The position numbers were made by a program, and so were the translations under genes. A DNA stretch of 64,000 bases from an uncultured Actinomycetota bacterium (lineage in GTDB: Bacteria > Actinomycetota > Actinomycetes > JAHEKZ01), in assembly GCA_963718235.1 (NCBI GenBank), contig CAVQYR010000002.1, forward strand, positions 544,001 through 608,000. Reading direction: 5' to 3'. Of this stretch, positions 1-7,260 are shown one piece after another. The notes below the pieces were generated by a model, which was not told the origin of the DNA, searched no databases, and saw only the letters and a program-made list of their open reading frames with translations. Numbering within the stretch: the stretch's first letter is position 1; each line of letters opens with the position of its first letter.

Positions 1-1
1 C

Positions 2-316
2 ATGGTGCCGGTGGCGACCCAGAGCGGCGAGCAGCTCGAGGAGGCGGTTGGCGAGACACCGTCGCTGGAGAACCACATCGAGCTTGGGAACGCGATGCTC
101 TACTTCGCTCTCCCGTTGCTGGCAGCCGCCGTGGCCCTGTGGTGGCTCGGTCGACGGGAGGCGGAGCGCCGGCCGTACGGACGGGGGATCACTCTCGCGG
201 TGGGTGTCGTGTCGGTCGTGGTCGCTCTGGCCGCCACGGCGTGGATCGTGCGAGTCGGGCACTCCGGCGCCGAGTCCGTGTGGAGTGGGGTGGTCAACTC
301 GATCTCGGCAGGGTGA
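2..316 (+). CDS. Membrane protein, 5'-truncated by the window edge (DUF2231-like C-terminus)
   Basis: Two hydrophobic helices and a C-terminal GHSGAESVW motif typical of this actinobacterial family. Confidence 0.6.
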   Translation: MVPVATQSGEQLEEAVGETPSLENHIELGNAMLYFALPLLAAAVALWWLGRREAERRPYGRGITLAVGVVSVVVALAATAWIVRVGHSGAESVWSGVVNSISAG

Positions 317-324
317 CCCTCGGC

Positions 325-1341
325 CTACGGGTCGTCGTCGGTGGCTCCCCGGCTCGCGAGCAGTCGGCGCAGTGACGCCAACCGCTCCGGGTCGGCGTGG
401 CCGTCGGCCACCCAGCGGTCCAATGCGCAGTGCTCGTCGTCGTGGCCGCACCCACGCGGACACTCCTCGGTGCCCGGCTCGAGGTCGGGGAAGGCGTGCA
501 TGAAGCGGCCCAGCTCGACGTGGGCGAGCCCGAACGACCGGATCCCGGGTGTGTCGACCACCCAGCCGCCCTGGGGGAGCCGTAGGGCCACCGCCGAGGT
601 CGAGGTGTGACGGCCCCGCCCGGTGACCACGTTCACGTGCCCGGTGCTTCGTGCGGCGTCCGGGACGAGTGCGTTGACCAGCGTCGACTTCCCCACCCCG
701 GAGTGACCGATGAGCGCCGTCTCGTGGTCGCGCAGGAGTGCGGCGAGCTGGCTCAGGTCACCGCCGCGCCTCGTGACCACGAACGGGACTCCCAAGGAGT
801 CGTAGGTTGCGCGCAGCGACTCGTCGCTGGCGAGGTCGCTCTTGGTGAGCACGAGCAGCGGTTGCAGCCCGCCGTCGAACGCGGCAACGAGTGCGCGGTC
901 GATCAGGCGGGTCCGCGGCTCCGGGTCCGCCAGGGCGACGACGACGGCGAGCTGGTCGGCGTTGGCCACGATGATCCGCTCGTCGGTGTCGGTGTCGTCC
1001 GCACTGCGGTGAAGGACGCTCGTGCGGGCCCGCCGCCGCACGATCCGGGCGAGTGCGTCCGAGCCACCGGCGAGGTCACCGACCAGCGAGACACGGTCGC
1101 CCACGACGATTCCCTTGCGGCCCAGCTCGCGCGCCTTGACCGCGTAGAGCGCGCGGTCGCCCTCGTCGACGAGCTCGACGGTGAACCTTCCGCGGTCGAC
1201 GGCGGTCACGAAGCCTTCGGCGGCGTCGTCGTGCCCCGGTCGTACCTTGCTGCGCGGGCGGGCCTTTCCTCGGCCGGGGCGCACCCGGACGTCGTCCTCG
1301 TCGAGCTCTCGGCCCCGTGGACCGGCCCGCCGGGCGCTCAC
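325..1341 (-). CDS. rsgA: Ribosome small subunit-dependent GTPase A
   Basis: TKSD, GHSGVGKSTLVN, GRGRHTST, DTPGIR and a C-terminal CPRGCGH...C zinc motif. The GTG start at 1341 overlaps the aroA stop (GTGA). Confidence 0.95.
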   Translation of the reverse strand: MSARRAGPRGRELDEDDVRVRPGRGKARPRSKVRPGHDDAAEGFVTAVDRGRFTVELVDEGDRALYAVKARELGRKGIVVGDRVSLVGDLAGGSDALARIVRRRARTSVLHRSADDTDTDERIIVANADQLAVVVALADPEPRTRLIDRALVAAFDGGLQPLLVLTKSDLASDESLRATYDSLGVPFVVTRRGGDLSQLAALLRDHETALIGHSGVGKSTLVNALVPDAARSTGHVNVVTGRGRHTSTSAVALRLPQGGWVVDTPGIRSFGLAHVELGRFMHAFPDLEPGTEECPRGCGHDDEHCALDRWVADGHADPERLASLRRLLASRGATDDDP

Positions 1342-2636
1342 GCGGCCGCCGAGCCGACCAGGCGATGCCACAGCTGCACGAACCCGGGGAGGGTCTTGCC
1401 GGTCGTGGCGATGTTCTCGACCGAAACACCAGCGACGCGCAGGCCGAGGATCGCCCCTGCGGTCGCCATCCGGTGGTCGTGGTAGGTGTGCCAGCGCCCG
1501 CCGGTCAGCGGCCGTGGCCTGATCGACAACCCGTCGTCGGTCACCGTGACGTCGCCCCCGAGGCGCGTGGCCTCGGCAGCGAGTGCGGCGAGCCGGTCGG
1601 TCTCGTGTCCCCTGAGGTAGTCGACCCCGCGGATCTGCGTCGGGCCGTCGGCCAGCAAGGCCAGGACGGCGACGGTGGGGGTGAGCTCGCCCAGGTCGCG
1701 CAGGTCGATCTCGCCGCCGCTGACCACACCGCGTCCACGAACGGTCACTCGCTCGTCGGTGAGGTCGACGGCACCCCCCAGCGCCTCGACCAGTGCCGTC
1801 ACCGGGCCGATGGCCTGGACACTGCGTCGACCCAGCCCGTCGAACCGCACGGTCCCTCCTGTGAGCAGGGCAGCAGCGATGAAGGGCGTGGCATTGGACA
1901 GGTCGGGCTCGACCGCCCAGTCCCGAGCGGTCACCTCAGACGGCTCGACCCGCCAGGTCTCGGTCCCGCCGTCCGGCACCGGCGCCGCGTTGACCTGGTG
2001 CGCCGCGAGCATCCGAAGGGTGAGGTCGATGTGCGGCCGGTTGGGTGCCACCCGCCCGGTGTTGCGCAGCGTCAGCCCCTCGTCGAAGCGGGCGGCGGAC
2101 AGCAGCAGCCCGGACACGAACTGCGAGGACTTCGAGACGTCGACGGACACGTCGCCGCCGGTGACCGACCCTGAGCCGACCACGGTGAAGGGAAGTGCCG
2201 ACGCCTCGTCGGAGACCGCGACGCCGCAGGCCCGCAGCGCCTGGAGGAGCGGGCCCATCGGTCGCCGTCGGGCCGCCGGGTCGCCGTCGAACAGGACGGG
2301 TCCGCGGGCCAGGGCAGCCACCGGGGGCACGAACCGCATCACCGTTCCGGCCAGCCCGCAGTCCACCGAGACGTGACCGTGCAGTGGGCCGGGCTGGACC
2401 GACCAGCTGGTCTCGTCTACGGGCTCGATGCCGACCCCGAGCGAGCGGAGCGCGTCGACCATGAGCTGGGTGTCTCGTGCAGCGAGCGCTCCACTGACGA
2501 CCGAAGGACCGTTCGCCAGAGCCGACAGGACGAGCGCCCGGTTGGTCATCGACTTCGAACCGGGAAGCGTGACCTCCGCGTCCACCGGTGTCGCGGCGAC
2601 GGGAGCGGGCCACCACATCTCGTCGCCGGTCGTCAC
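1338..2636 (-). CDS. aroA: 3-phosphoshikimate 1-carboxyvinyltransferase (EPSP synthase)
   Basis: LPGSKSMTNRAL, DCGLAGTVMRF, SSQFVSGLL, LRGHETDRL and DHRMA motifs. Confidence 0.97.
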   Translation of the reverse strand: MTTGDEMWWPAPVAATPVDAEVTLPGSKSMTNRALVLSALANGPSVVSGALAARDTQLMVDALRSLGVGIEPVDETSWSVQPGPLHGHVSVDCGLAGTVMRFVPPVAALARGPVLFDGDPAARRRPMGPLLQALRACGVAVSDEASALPFTVVGSGSVTGGDVSVDVSKSSQFVSGLLLSAARFDEGLTLRNTGRVAPNRPHIDLTLRMLAAHQVNAAPVPDGGTETWRVEPSEVTARDWAVEPDLSNATPFIAAALLTGGTVRFDGLGRRSVQAIGPVTALVEALGGAVDLTDERVTVRGRGVVSGGEIDLRDLGELTPTVAVLALLADGPTQIRGVDYLRGHETDRLAALAAEATRLGGDVTVTDDGLSIRPRPLTGGRWHTYHDHRMATAGAILGLRVAGVSVENIATTGKTLPGFVQLWHRLVGSAAA

Positions 2637-2704
2637 TTCCTCAGACTACCGAGCGCCGGGCGAGCGGCCTTCGAGCCGACGCGACCCGCGTCTAGGGTGG
2701 GCGC

Positions 2705-3490
2705 ATGTGCGGCAGGTACGCGGCAGCCAAGGACCCGGCTGCTCTCGTCGAGGAGTTCGAGGTCGAGGAGTCACTGGTCGACCAACCCCTTGCCGCCGAC
2801 TACAACGTGGCTCCGACCAAGCAGGTGTACGTCGTCGTCCAACGACGCGCCAAGGACGCGCCTGACGACGAGGTCGTGACCAGGCAGCTGAGGGTGGCCA
2901 AGTGGGGTCTGGTGCCGTCGTGGGCGAAGGACCCCGCGATCGGGTCACGGATGATCAACGCACGTGCGGAGACCCTGACCGAGAAGCCGGCGTACAAGCG
3001 GGCCTTCGCCGCCAGGCGTTGCCTGCTCCCGGCCGACGGCTACTACGAGTGGTACACCCCGGACAGTGCGTCGGCGGCGCCCAGAACGGCCAAGGGCAAG
3101 CCGCGCAAGCAGCCGTTCTACATCCACTCCGACGACGGTTCGTCGCTGGCGATGGCCGGGCTGTACGAGTGGTGGCACGACCCCAGCAAGGACCGGGACG
3201 ACCCCACGACCTGGCTGCTGACGACCACGGTGATCACCACGGCGGCAAGTGAGCAGGTGGGGCACATCCACGACCGCATGCCCCTGGTGGTGCCGAAGGC
3301 CGACTGGGCCGCCTGGCTGGACCCCGACCTGAAGGACCCGGCGCGGCTGGTGCCGGTGCTGGTGTCGGCGGGGACTCCCGCGCACTCGGTCGCGCTGACC
3401 GCGTACCCGGTGTCGACCGAGGTCAACGACGTCCGACACAACGGCCCTCAGCTGTTGGAGCCCCTGCCCCTCGACCACGCCGCGGAGTGA
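2705..3490 (+). CDS. SOS response-associated peptidase (SRAP/YedK/HMCES, abasic-site protection)
   Basis: N-terminal MCGRY, YNVAPT, WGLVPSW, INARAET, GYYEW and IHDRMP. TAGGGT just upstream suggests a leaderless transcript. Confidence 0.95.
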   Translation: MCGRYAAAKDPAALVEEFEVEESLVDQPLAADYNVAPTKQVYVVVQRRAKDAPDDEVVTRQLRVAKWGLVPSWAKDPAIGSRMINARAETLTEKPAYKRAFAARRCLLPADGYYEWYTPDSASAAPRTAKGKPRKQPFYIHSDDGSSLAMAGLYEWWHDPSKDRDDPTTWLLTTTVITTAASEQVGHIHDRMPLVVPKADWAAWLDPDLKDPARLVPVLVSAGTPAHSVALTAYPVSTEVNDVRHNGPQLLEPLPLDHAAE

Positions 3491-4188
3491 CCCGAACCAG
3501 GCTGGTGCGGACCCCGCGCGGCCGGGCCCGGCTGCACGTCCATCTGGCGCCGATGTCGACCCGGGCGCTGCTCGTGCTGGGGCACGGAGCAGGCGGCGGG
3601 GTGGACGCCCCGGACCTGGCCGCGCTAGCCCGGTGGCTCCCCGCGCGGGGGGTGAGCGTGGTGCGGGTCGAGCAGCCTTGGAAGGTGGCCGGACGCCGGG
3701 TCGCCTCGCCTCCGACCTGGTTGGACGAGGCGTGGGTCCCTGCGGTGTCGGCGGCCCGACGCCTCTGCCCCGAGGTGCCAGTCGTCGTCGGAGGGCGGAG
3801 CGCAGGGGCGCGGGTCGCCTGTCGGTGTGCCCGGGCGACCGGCGCTCGGGGAGTGCTCGCCCTCGCCTTCCCGCTGCACCCGCCGCAGCGTCCCGAACGC
3901 AGCCGGGCCGGGGAGCTGGAGGTGCACCTGCCCCTGCTGGTGGTCCAGGGTGAGCGTGACGCCTTGGGGACGCCGGCCGAGCTGCGCGCCGCCTTGTCGC
4001 CGAGCGGCGGCTCTGGACGGGGGTCGCGCTCGGAGCTGGTGGCGATCCCGGCTGCCGACCACGGGTTCGGTGTGCCGCGCCGCGGGCCGATCACCCCCGC
4101 GGAGGTCGACAGCCTGATCGTGGAGGCGGTGGTGGGCTGGATCGCCGCGGTCGAGGCCGGCCGACCCGGTGGGGAATCTTCACCGTAG
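3487..4188 (+). CDS. Alpha/beta hydrolase (KANL3/Tex30-like)
   Basis: [19 protein letters not shown] nucleophile elbow, [13 protein letters not shown] and ADH. Confidence 0.85.
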   Translation: MTRTRLVRTPRGRARLHVHLAPMSTRALLVLGHGAGGGVDAPDLAALARWLPARGVSVVRVEQPWKVAGRRVASPPTWLDEAWVPAVSAARRLCPEVPVVVGGRSAGARVACRCARATGARGVLALAFPLHPPQRPERSRAGELEVHLPLLVVQGERDALGTPAELRAALSPSGGSGRGSRSELVAIPAADHGFGVPRRGPITPAEVDSLIVEAVVGWIAAVEAGRPGGESSP

Positions 4189-4199
4189 GCGGTGGCGTT
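4173..4199 (+). promoter_or_regulatory. SigH/SigR-dependent autoregulatory promoter (GGAAT-N19-GTT)
   Basis: GGAAT at 4173-4177 and GTT at 4197-4199 match the established SigR/SigH consensus GGAAY-N18/19-GTT, directly upstream of the sigma gene. Confidence 0.75.
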
Positions 4200-4286
4200 G
4201 CCCCTGGCGTGACGAGGACGAGTGCCCCACGGGCGCTGCAGGCACGGGGGGGCGATGGCGCGTCCCTCGCGCCGCTACCCTTCGGC

Positions 4287-4949
4287 GTGATGACTGACGA
4301 CACTCACGACACCCACGACGCTGACGGCGCTGCGGGCGACCCGGCCGACGAGAGCATCGAGCAGCGCACGGCTCGCTTCGAGCGCGACGCGCTGCCCTAC
4401 CTCGACCAGCTCTACGGAGCGGCCCTGCGGATGACGCGCAACCCGGCCGATGCCGAGGACCTCGTCCAGGAGACCTTCGCCAAGGCGTTCTCGGCCTTCC
4501 ACCAGTACCGCGACGGCACCAACCTCAAGGCCTGGCTCTACCGCATCCTGACGAACACGTTCATCAACACCTACCGCAAGAAGCAGCGGGAGCCCCAGCA
4601 GTCGATGGCCGAGGAGGTCGAGGACTGGCAGCTCGCCCGGGCCGCCGAGCACACGTCGGCAGGACTGCGCTCGGCGGAGGCGGAGGCCCTCGACCGGCTG
4701 CCGGACAGCGACATCAAGGATGCGCTGAACGAGCTCAGCGACGACTTCCGGCTCGCGGTCTACCTCGCCGACGTCGAGGGCTTCGCGTACAAGGAGATCG
4801 CCGACATCATGGGGACACCGATCGGCACGGTCATGTCCCGGCTGCATCGGGGGCGCAAGCAGCTGCGCACCCTTCTGGAGGACTACGCGATCGAGCGAGG
4901 GCTCATCCCCGCGACCACCGGCGGGGACCAGGAGGAGGAGGGGTCATGA
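4287..4949 (+). CDS. sigH: ECF sigma factor SigH/SigR (thiol-oxidative stress); an in-frame upstream GTG at 4209 may give a longer isoform
   Basis: [46 protein letters not shown] and [23 protein letters not shown]; followed by a ZAS anti-sigma gene. Confidence 0.95.
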   Translation: MMTDDTHDTHDADGAAGDPADESIEQRTARFERDALPYLDQLYGAALRMTRNPADAEDLVQETFAKAFSAFHQYRDGTNLKAWLYRILTNTFINTYRKKQREPQQSMAEEVEDWQLARAAEHTSAGLRSAEAEALDRLPDSDIKDALNELSDDFRLAVYLADVEGFAYKEIADIMGTPIGTVMSRLHRGRKQLRTLLEDYAIERGLIPATTGGDQEEEGS

Positions 4950-5227
4950 GCTGCGGGAACCCGCACGCGGTCGACTGCTCGAAGGTGCTCGAGACCGTCT
5001 ACCTCTACCTCGACGGCGAGATCGACCACTCCGAGCTCGGGGTCATCCGAGAGCACCTCGACGAGTGTTCGCCGTGTCTTCGCGAGTACGGAATCGAACG
5101 CGAGGTCAAGCAGCTGGTGGCCCGTAGCTGCTGCGAGACGGCGCCGGAGTCGCTGCGGCACGCGGTGATCGCGCGGATCCGGGTGGTGCGCACCGAGATG
5201 ACCCAGGTGGAGTTCCGCGCCGACTGA
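4946..5227 (+). CDS. rshA: Zinc-binding anti-sigma factor RshA/RsrA
   Basis: HxxxCxxC motif (HLDECSPC); ATGA overlap with sigH. Confidence 0.93.
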   Translation: MSCGNPHAVDCSKVLETVYLYLDGEIDHSELGVIREHLDECSPCLREYGIEREVKQLVARSCCETAPESLRHAVIARIRVVRTEMTQVEFRAD

Positions 5228-5231
5228 TCGT

Positions 5232-5260
5232 CGTTCGCACCGGACCAGGCCCGGCGAACG
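5232..5260. terminator. Hairpin between convergent rshA and bL37 genes
   Basis: Imperfect stem cgttcgc-accgg ... ccgg-cgaacg. Confidence 0.45.
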
Positions 5261-5265
5261 TCGGG

Positions 5266-5340
5266 TCAGGCGGCCGGCCGGTTACCGTGGTTGGCCTTCT
5301 TCTTCTTGCGGTCCTTGCGCTTGCGCGAGCTCTTGCTCAT
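5266..5340 (-). CDS. 50S ribosomal protein bL37 (24 aa, MSKSSRKRKDRKKKKANHGNRPAA); not in the ORF track
   Basis: Manual translation. Basic peptide with ANHGxRP closely resembles mycobacterial bL37; GGAG RBS upstream; sits next to rshA. Confidence 0.9.
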   Translation of the reverse strand: MSKSSRKRKDRKKKKANHGNRPAA

Positions 5341-5364
5341 GGTGTCTCCAGGCTGGGTCGAGTC

Positions 5365-5390
5365 GGGTTCCGCTGGTGGGTTCCGCTGGT
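5365..5390. repeat. 13-bp tandem duplication (GGGTTCCGCTGGT x2) upstream of bL37
   Basis: Exact direct repeat at 5365-5377 and 5378-5390. Confidence 0.8.
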
Positions 5391-5443
5391 GGCGGCGCGG
5401 CTCAGGTGAGCCCCGAGTTTCTCACAGGGCCCCACACCCTCGG

Positions 5444-6202
5444 TCAGCCGGCGATCCGGCGGTTGAGGGCATCGAGCACCGAGCGGGCTACCGCGTCGGC
5501 CTCGTCGCCTCGGATGACCGCGCTGCCACTGGTCGACTGTGGGCCGATCCGCGGCACGTTCACGACGAGCACGGTCAGGGCCACGCTGTGGATCCCGGCC
5601 TCGATCACCGTGACCGACTCGACCTCGGTCGGCAGCCCCAGCAGCGGCTCGAGGGCCGACAGGGTCGCCTGGGCCACGAGTCGATGACGGTAGGAGGCGG
5701 CTCCGGACCCTGACGCCGCGCCGTCGAAGGTCTCGTCGCCGAAGGCCAGTCGAACCACGGCCTCGGCCTCTGCGCCGGACGTGCGGACCGTCAGCGACGT
5801 GATTGCCGGCCGCACGGTCTCCTCCGAGTCAGCCTCGACGACGTCGTCGCGGACCGGCACCGGACCGGCCTCCTGAGACTCAGCCGCGAGGACGCTCGGT
5901 GCTGTCGGGGTCTGCGAGGTCGGCGCCTCGGCCGGGGGCCGGGTCGCCCCGTTGGGCGGGGTGGCGTCCTCCTCGCCGATCTGGACCACGCTCACGATCC
6001 GGTGGTCCAGATCGATGTCGTAGCGGGTCAGCGCCACCGACTGGACGTCGCGGACGAGCTGCTTGGCGGGCTTGCCCGGGGACGCCAGCACGTGGACCTC
6101 GGTCGGGACCGCTTTGGGGTCGGTGACCACACTGACCGCGCGGATCCCGGGGATCTGGCGCAGCGCGTCCTCCAGGGCGGGCAGCAGACGCAACGTGGGC
6201 AT
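5444..6202 (-). CDS. Conserved hypothetical two-domain protein next to the HD-GYP genes
   Basis: N-domain with EVHVLA..KQLVRDVQS..DLDHRIVSVVQ, a Pro/Ala linker, and an alpha/beta C-domain ending ARSVLDALNRR; coding-like GC3. Confidence 0.8.
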   Translation of the reverse strand: MPTLRLLPALEDALRQIPGIRAVSVVTDPKAVPTEVHVLASPGKPAKQLVRDVQSVALTRYDIDLDHRIVSVVQIGEEDATPPNGATRPPAEAPTSQTPTAPSVLAAESQEAGPVPVRDDVVEADSEETVRPAITSLTVRTSGAEAEAVVRLAFGDETFDGAASGSGAASYRHRLVAQATLSALEPLLGLPTEVESVTVIEAGIHSVALTVLVVNVPRIGPQSTSGSAVIRGDEADAVARSVLDALNRRIAG

Positions 6203-6256
6203 GAAGGTCAGTCTCTCTCGGGTATGGGTCACGGGGTTGCGCATCGGTCAGACAGG

Positions 6257-6673
6257 TCAGGGGTCGCTGGGCAGGACGGTGAGCCCGGCGACCAGGAGCC
6301 GACGGGGGGTGGGGTCGTAGGGAGCTTCGTCTCCAGCGTCACCCTCGTCGTAGGACGGCCCCTCGTCGAGGACGTCCTCGGTGGGTTCCTGGTCGAGGAT
6401 GTCCTCGTCACGAGCCTCGGCGCGGGCCTGTTCGAGGCCGAGCATCGCGGCCGGAACGGCCGTACGGGCGTGCTCGACGAGCCCTCGCACCGACTCCCGC
6501 TGGAGCCAGCGCAGCCGCCGGGCGGTGTCGGGGTCGAGGTGACCGCTGGCCACCGCCGCCGCCACCTCCTCGTCGAAGCGCTGGGTGGCGACGTCGTCAC
6601 GGACGTCCAGGAGACCGGCGACGAGGTCGCCGTAGGCGGCCGTCCTGGCCGAGCTGCGAGCCGTGTCGATCAC
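6257..6673 (-). CDS. Hypothetical protein with acidic C-terminal tail
   Basis: GTG at 6673 preceded by a GGAGG RBS; coding-like codon usage; same strand as the 5444 gene. Confidence 0.65.
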   Translation of the reverse strand: MIDTARSSARTAAYGDLVAGLLDVRDDVATQRFDEEVAAAVASGHLDPDTARRLRWLQRESVRGLVEHARTAVPAAMLGLEQARAEARDEDILDQEPTEDVLDEGPSYDEGDAGDEAPYDPTPRRLLVAGLTVLPSDP

Positions 6674-6810
6674 CGGATGTGCCTCCCCCCAACCGTCGCC
6701 CGCCCGCGCAGCGGGCACGCCGCGTGAGGACGAGGCTAGGGCAGCGAGATCGCCGCTGAGCCAGGGCCGGGTACAAGCCTGCGCCATTCGGGTTGGGGCT
6801 AGTGCTTGAT

Positions 6811-6839
6811 GACTATTTCTTATAGTCCAGAAGGACTAT
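6811..6839. promoter_or_regulatory. AT-rich overlapping palindromes (GACTAT / ATAGTC / GACTAT), candidate operator
   Basis: gactat(6811-16)-ttctt-atagtc(6822-27) and atagtcc(6822-28)-agaa-ggactat(6833-39) in a divergent intergenic region. Confidence 0.5.
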
Positions 6840-6944
6840 GTGCGCACGACGGTTCGGGATCGACCTGCCCGGTGTCTTGACGGCACCACCCGTCACACCC
6901 TTCACTTCCGTTCGGTGGCATGTCTGATTTATCCCAGGCAGCCC

Positions 6945-6976
6945 CGGCACAGCACGACGGCACAGCACGACGGCAC
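6945..6976 (+). repeat. 13-bp tandem repeat CGGCACAGCACGA x2.5
   Basis: Copies at 6945-6957 and 6958-6970, partial copy at 6971-6976. Confidence 0.85.
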
Positions 6977-6987
6977 TCACCACAACT

Positions 6988-7238
6988 GCACAGGGCGAAG
7001 CCAGGATCGGCAGCATTGGGGGTTCGACCCCGTCGTCCTCGTGACGACGGGCACGAGCTTTGTTTCATCCAGCGGAGCGAATCGCGCGCGAGCCAACCAG
7101 CGGGGCTCGTGACACTCCAACGGAGGTGATTCCCACCGATGAGCAAGATCGTGGCAGCTGTCGAGCGTGCCCTCGCCGCAGGCGCAGGGTGGGCCTGGAA
7201 CTGACCCCACAGCTGCCGATCCTGGTTTCGCCCTTTGC
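6988..7238 (+). ncRNA. Candidate structured leader RNA; a long-range stem encloses the small peptide ORF
   Basis: 6992-7014 pairs with 7212-7234 (22 Watson-Crick pairs plus one G.U on the + strand). Inner stems are 7029-7037/7043-7051 and 7052-7058/7105-7111. Confidence 0.6.
7139..7204 (+). CDS. Small 21-aa peptide MSKIVAAVERALAAGAGWAWN (candidate signalling or leader peptide); not in the ORF track
   Basis: GGAGGTGA Shine-Dalgarno at 7122-7129, ATG at 7139, TGA at 7202-7204; immediately upstream of the HD-GYP operon. Confidence 0.75.
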   Translation: MSKIVAAVERALAAGAGWAWN

Positions 7239-7260
7239 GCCTTCCCCAGGAGTGGAGCCG

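Noticed and set aside
2637-2704. LexA SOS box upstream of the SRAP gene
   Set aside because: No TCGAAC-N4-GTTCGA-like site is present.
6988-7111. c-di-GMP-I or -II riboswitch (GCACAGGGCGAAGCC resembles the start of the Vc2 aptamer)
   Set aside because: The GACGCAAAGCC junction and P3 are missing, class II elements are not in the right order, and the segment is better explained as one arm of the long-range stem.
7139-7204. RiPP precursor (WxW as in darobactin-type cores)
   Set aside because: No radical SAM, P450, YcaO or dedicated exporter gene is nearby.
7060-7260. 67-aa N-terminal extension of the first HD-GYP protein from the ORF track
   Set aside because: It starts at a TTG without an RBS and crosses the RNA stem and peptide ORF; ATG 7261 has a clear RBS.
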